From Candidatus Thorarchaeota archaeon (lineage in GTDB: Archaea; Asgardarchaeota; Thorarchaeia; Thorarchaeales; Thorarchaeaceae), in assembly GCA_046758445.1 (NCBI GenBank), contig JBHIAE010000033.1, forward strand, positions 1-30,810: DNA of 30,810 nt, read 5' to 3'. Shown here piece by piece: positions 28,401-30,810 of this stretch (position 1 is its first letter; every line of letters starts with the position of its first letter). Both the position numbers and the translations under genes were made by a program. The notes below the pieces were generated by a model that worked only from the letters and a program-made list of their open reading frames with translations, did no database searches and was not told the DNA's origin.

Positions 28401-28861
28401 ATGGAATGAATGCCACACTCTCGAAAGTCGAGAAGAACGTGAACGACATTCTGGCAGGTGTGAGGTTCGCAGGACGAGTGCGTTTCGACCTGGCACTGAG
28501 AGATGGAGTCTATGGCGTGGAGTTCAAGTCCAAGATTCGAGGAGATAAGTACGGCAAGATCAGTCAAGGCTCTGGAGGTGAGCGGTCCCTCATAGCCATT
28601 GGTCTGATTCTAGCTCTTCAGAGGTTCAATCCTGCTCCTGCCTATGCTCTCGATGAAGTCGACATCTTCCTGGATGCTACCAACACTGAATCAGTCAGCA
28701 AGCTGCTCTATGATGCATCACGGAGGAGCCAGTTCATTCTCTTCACGCCTGCGAAGAGTACCCATCTCCTGAAGCATGCAGACAGAAGGATCGGTGTCGT
28801 ATCACCGAGAGGTGTGGATCCGTCTGTGATAATTGAGAGTCCAAAGTTTGTCGAGAACTAG
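25490..28861 (+). CDS. SMC family ATPase, SMC5/6-related
   Basis: Walker A GPNGSGKT, Q-loop VFMPQERI, long coiled coils, a central hinge, signature SGGERS, Walker B/D-loop LDEVDIFLD, and QFILFTP. Confidence 0.93.
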   Translation: MSTSRAHIDSVRLKNFLSFYEGTVQFDSGLTVIIGPNGSGKTSIFHAMKFALGSNQREARYPKWSDFIRHGAAGAEVELTVSNDGSIHRFLRRIDRDGIPRAFVDGRRVKAAELRRLVSSLGLDIDNTLVFMPQERINALRDMNPVEVRRLVEEGTGLSEIRDRISIQEAEVLISQQKLREALDESRVVEREIDLLRHDLDRLKKKRELQKQESRLAIEVKWATLDEVHRRIKEVRKTIEEKESGLVSILDEQKSLEDQRKEHVQKTSTLESRLGQVQREIGSIEERIEQEKRRAQKLQDESSSTLQEIDQLSLELKKEKQLKVKAKEDLENAIAAKEDLLQKQKEIQADIVNNESERDEVEDVLTAFADWNVKRTDAYVSYKSLQNEVEKKDVLLRSLKERLSTEEAELQSIDSKWSHVWEAMEKTNEKELALRKGQLEREISSLNEIRFRETSLVSRLEKEIDDIKARLSETSERIPASVRELKTSIDEHEMKSVFGPVLELLTVSEELSHAVEAVLPHGMAFAFIVRDENDLVLTQKLRDKVDAPSPIIMLREIEERIPRKELPSGRGVEGWLWDTLSLDAETRSLLSMAFGDLVLTRTSRTASRVATRYGLGAVSLDGSFVVPETNRIVSFPKHESTGLVSTAPLQTRLAELERDMVLARKRTTEVMAKLDKTTGEREGIIELLAQATRWSSTWERRKKLLESIPEIEERILGLDDELRGLQANLGNAQRQLRKLDSTQPPERSRLVGQRSAIRLKIRRLQGDLGKVQSSLRDTEQAEEKGRGELRQHVDHIGMLSNRTKELREELKTSKSESASIAESIGILNDGIVETQAIQSKIREELASINEVVRSIGERLVELSLVIKDSKLQVLQARKRLRNLEEEQEQLTKDLEAEERPQIVRPLETGMADLIRVRHLLDDYQDVSESVAHTESQLKSRLGELTARVGDLEKELQEAEATVKHIREQYHNGMNATLSKVEKNVNDILAGVRFAGRVRFDLALRDGVYGVEFKSKIRGDKYGKISQGSGGERSLIAIGLILALQRFNPAPAYALDEVDIFLDATNTESVSKLLYDASRRSQFILFTPAKSTHLLKHADRRIGVVSPRGVDPSVIIESPKFVEN

Positions 28862-28873
28862 GAGAGGAATCGA

Positions 28874-29542
28874 ATGGATCAATTGGAAACTCTGGCACTG
28901 CGTGTTTTCAAACTGGCTGAGTCAGTGCGAGAGGGCAAGGTTGATCCACTTGATTTGAAGCTTACACCTGAGTACAAGGAGCTTCAGGCAATGGTCGCTG
29001 AAGTGGACAAGCGCCTCGACATAGACGAACTGCTTAATGAGATACTCGCTGCCAAGATCTCCCGAGTTCAGGAACTCGCAAAAGTATTGGCATCACCTGA
29101 GCTCTACGTCAACCGACTGAAGGGTACAAAAGCTAGAGAGCTTGCCAAGATGATGTCCTATCATCATCCAATGAGAGTGGCCCACCTTGATCATGAACCA
29201 CTGAACCGAGCATTCGATAGAGTGAGTCGCTTCATTGATGCACTGTCAGCCAGCCCACCTGAGGATAATGCTCCGGATACCGCAGGACTACCAGAAAGCT
29301 ACAGATTCCCGACTGAAGATGCAGTCCTACTAGAGGATGCAGAGCTGTTCGGAGCAAGGATTCCTAAAGGGCAGACTGTTTCACTCGACGAGCTTTTGAA
29401 TAGCGAGAGTTTTGATGAGTTTCTCCGTCGATTTCTGTACGTCGTCATTCTTGTTTCCAGAGGAGTCATCGAATACGATGGGTCATCTCGAACCGTAGTA
29501 AGGGCAGACTCCTCAGAACGGGAGGAGGTAGACGCGTCATGA
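28874..29542 (+). CDS. Kleisin (ScpA/Nse4-like) subunit
   Basis: N-terminal GKVDPLDLKL resembles the ScpA 'DPWDIDI' motif. The C-terminal winged helix reads VSLDELL..FLRRFLYVVILVSRGVIEY. Starts 12 bp after the SMC gene. Confidence 0.75.
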   Translation: MDQLETLALRVFKLAESVREGKVDPLDLKLTPEYKELQAMVAEVDKRLDIDELLNEILAAKISRVQELAKVLASPELYVNRLKGTKARELAKMMSYHHPMRVAHLDHEPLNRAFDRVSRFIDALSASPPEDNAPDTAGLPESYRFPTEDAVLLEDAELFGARIPKGQTVSLDELLNSESFDEFLRRFLYVVILVSRGVIEYDGSSRTVVRADSSEREEVDAS

Positions 29543-30036
29543 ATGAGTATGGACTCCTCATGCGGCTGCTCACACGAACTGGAAACCCGATGGGAGCAGG
29601 AGTTGAGGACATGTTGAGCGCTCTGGGTCTGCCTGAAGACATCGGAAGGCATGTCCTTTTCCAGAAGCTGTCATCACTACATGAGAGTCTGGCACCACTG
29701 GGACTCATAGTAAAGCACAACCCAATAGATCACGTATTCTATGTCGACACAGCGATTCGAGGGACTCACCTCTTCGAAGAGGTGGCGATGCCCGACAGGC
29801 TAGCGGCAACTCTCCTCGTTGTGATAACACTTGCATATCAGGAGGAGGGGTGGGTTTCCATAAGAAGAGTGAGCGAGTTCAGGCGAAAGGCTAGACGTGG
29901 TGTAATGTCAGATTTGAAGGAACTGTCAGTAAAAGGATACATTGAGTTCGATAGCGCAGGCGCAAACGTAAGACCAGGACCAAGGTCTGCCTTCGAGATT
30001 GACTATGATGAGTTCTTCAGAAAGCTCATGGCCTGA
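29539..30036 (+). CDS. KITE subunit (tandem winged helix; Nse1/Nse3-MAGE/ScpB-like)
   Basis: Two wHTH-like halves (L..SLAPLGLIV; L.ELSVKGYI) ending in GPRSAFEID. ATGA overlap with the kleisin gene. Confidence 0.7.
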   Translation: MNEYGLLMRLLTRTGNPMGAGVEDMLSALGLPEDIGRHVLFQKLSSLHESLAPLGLIVKHNPIDHVFYVDTAIRGTHLFEEVAMPDRLAATLLVVITLAYQEEGWVSIRRVSEFRRKARRGVMSDLKELSVKGYIEFDSAGANVRPGPRSAFEIDYDEFFRKLMA

Positions 30037-30096
30037 GAGCATCCACGTCGCTAGTTTTATCAGGCCTCCTGAAGCTGAAACGTCTGGTTACAGCAT

Positions 30097-30456
30097 ATGT
30101 CACATCGACGTTCCTTGAGATTCTCAAATGCAACCTGTCCAATCTGCGGAAGCAAAGAAGTGGCTAGGGACGATATCAAGGGCGACCTGCTGTGCACCAA
30201 CTGTGGTAACGTCGTGGAGCGTAGAGAAACAAGAGCCGTTGGGAAGTTCGATGTTGCTCAGCACCTGAAGAGAGAAGGCAACATGGACTTTGAGAAGCTC
30301 AAGAAAGCTACCGGAGCATCTGACGACAAACTCTTTGGAGTGATTCAGAGCATGGTCAGCATGAGTCTATTACAAGAGCTGAGAGGGATCTATTCCCTCA
30401 CCAAACGTGGCCAGCGTTGGTATAGGCAGAGACTCGGACAGGAATGGGGATATTAG
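30097..30456 (+). CDS. TFIIB-type zinc ribbon plus winged helix-turn-helix protein
   Basis: CPICGS.....D...GDLLCTNCG.V followed by a wHTH pattern ending YSLTKRG. Confidence 0.8.
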   Translation: MSHRRSLRFSNATCPICGSKEVARDDIKGDLLCTNCGNVVERRETRAVGKFDVAQHLKREGNMDFEKLKKATGASDDKLFGVIQSMVSMSLLQELRGIYSLTKRGQRWYRQRLGQEWGY

Positions 30457-30534
30457 TCCCTGCTGGGGACATTTTCCCGCTAGTCAGTGGACACTCTTTT
30501 TGACGTAATCACGATGGCACTCTTTTCGAAGTCG

Positions 30535-30576
30535 ACTGTGTATACACAAACCTTTTTCTTAAGAACTGTGTATACA
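30535..30576. promoter_or_regulatory. Tandem palindromic operator-like boxes flanking a T-rich/TATA-like element
   Basis: ACTGTGTATACA occurs at 30535-30546 and 30565-30576 (30-bp period). The first copy extends to the perfect palindrome TGTGTATACACA, and the second ends 5 bp before ATG 30582. Confidence 0.6.
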
Positions 30577-30581
30577 AGATT

Positions 30582-30809
30582 ATGCAGAATCAGAAGCCTG
30601 GTCCGGAACGTGGATGGAAACGGCATATGGACTCTCGAGGGTGGGAACCTATCACTAGTGGTGCTACTACCGTTAAGAAGGAGAGCAGAACCTACTGTGA
30701 TGGGCAGATAGATCGGCTCTATGTCCGACGCCGAAATGAAGAGGGCAAGTGGCGATTCGTCCCAATTGGTTATCGGTGTCAGAAATGCGGTGAAATCATA
30801 CTCGATTAG
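30582..30809 (+). CDS. Small hypothetical protein with a C-terminal CxxC (Zn-ribbon-like)
   Basis: 75 aa reading YCDG..RLYVR..W..VPIGYRCQKCG, with promoter/operator-like sequence directly upstream. Confidence 0.55.
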   Translation: MQNQKPGPERGWKRHMDSRGWEPITSGATTVKKESRTYCDGQIDRLYVRRRNEEGKWRFVPIGYRCQKCGEIILD

Positions 30810-30810
30810 T

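Noticed and set aside
25490-28861. Rad50/SbcC with the metallophosphoesterase as Mre11
   Set aside because: There is a globular hinge and no CxxC zinc hook. The phosphoesterase is about 15 kb away, short, and has GNEE rather than GNHD.
623-29720. Numerous 60-240 aa ORFs antisense to or nested in the main genes (e.g. 851-1252, 2971-3390, 15031-15495, 24512-25234, 28086-28496)
   Set aside because: These are Ser-rich shadow frames of well-supported genes and carry no motifs.
25490-30456. Wadjet/MksBEFG (JetABCD) anti-plasmid system
   Set aside because: No Toprim JetD/MksG nuclease is present, the gene order is SMC-kleisin-KITE, the kleisin is small and ScpA-like, and the SMC head motifs are not JetC/MukB-like.
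30487-30711. 74-aa plus-strand ORF overlapping 30582-30809
   Set aside because: It runs through the operator/promoter-like region. The alternative frame has a CxxC motif and a better-placed start.

Overview
Gene-dense archaeal chromosomal window with no rRNA, tRNA, CRISPR array or transposase that I can see. Archaeal origin is supported by the HMG-CoA synthase/thiolase/DUF35 operon, a DUF359 dephospho-CoA kinase, a TFIIB-type Zn ribbon and BRE/TATA-like promoters. An Asgard (Thorarchaeia-like) source is plausible but is inference only. From left to right: hypothetical and secreted proteins (including a membrane-anchored prenyltransferase-repeat protein), an AsnB-like enzyme lacking its catalytic Cys beside a ThiS/MoaD protein, the mevalonate-entry operon, a metallophosphoesterase, a fused PPAT-DPCK CoA synthase, Nnr, and a methyltransferase. 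Next is a five-gene redox operon (HydC/HydB-like, a NuoG/FdhA-like subunit with no recognisable catalytic site, then NfnA and NfnB). A MoxR/VWA-metallopeptidase pair is divergent from the most interesting locus, an apparent operon of a catalytically degenerate classical AAA+ protein, an SMC5/6-type SMC ATPase, a kleisin and a Nse1/Nse3(MAGE)-like KITE, followed by a Zn-ribbon/winged-helix protein. All family assignments come from motif recognition by eye; no database searches were run.
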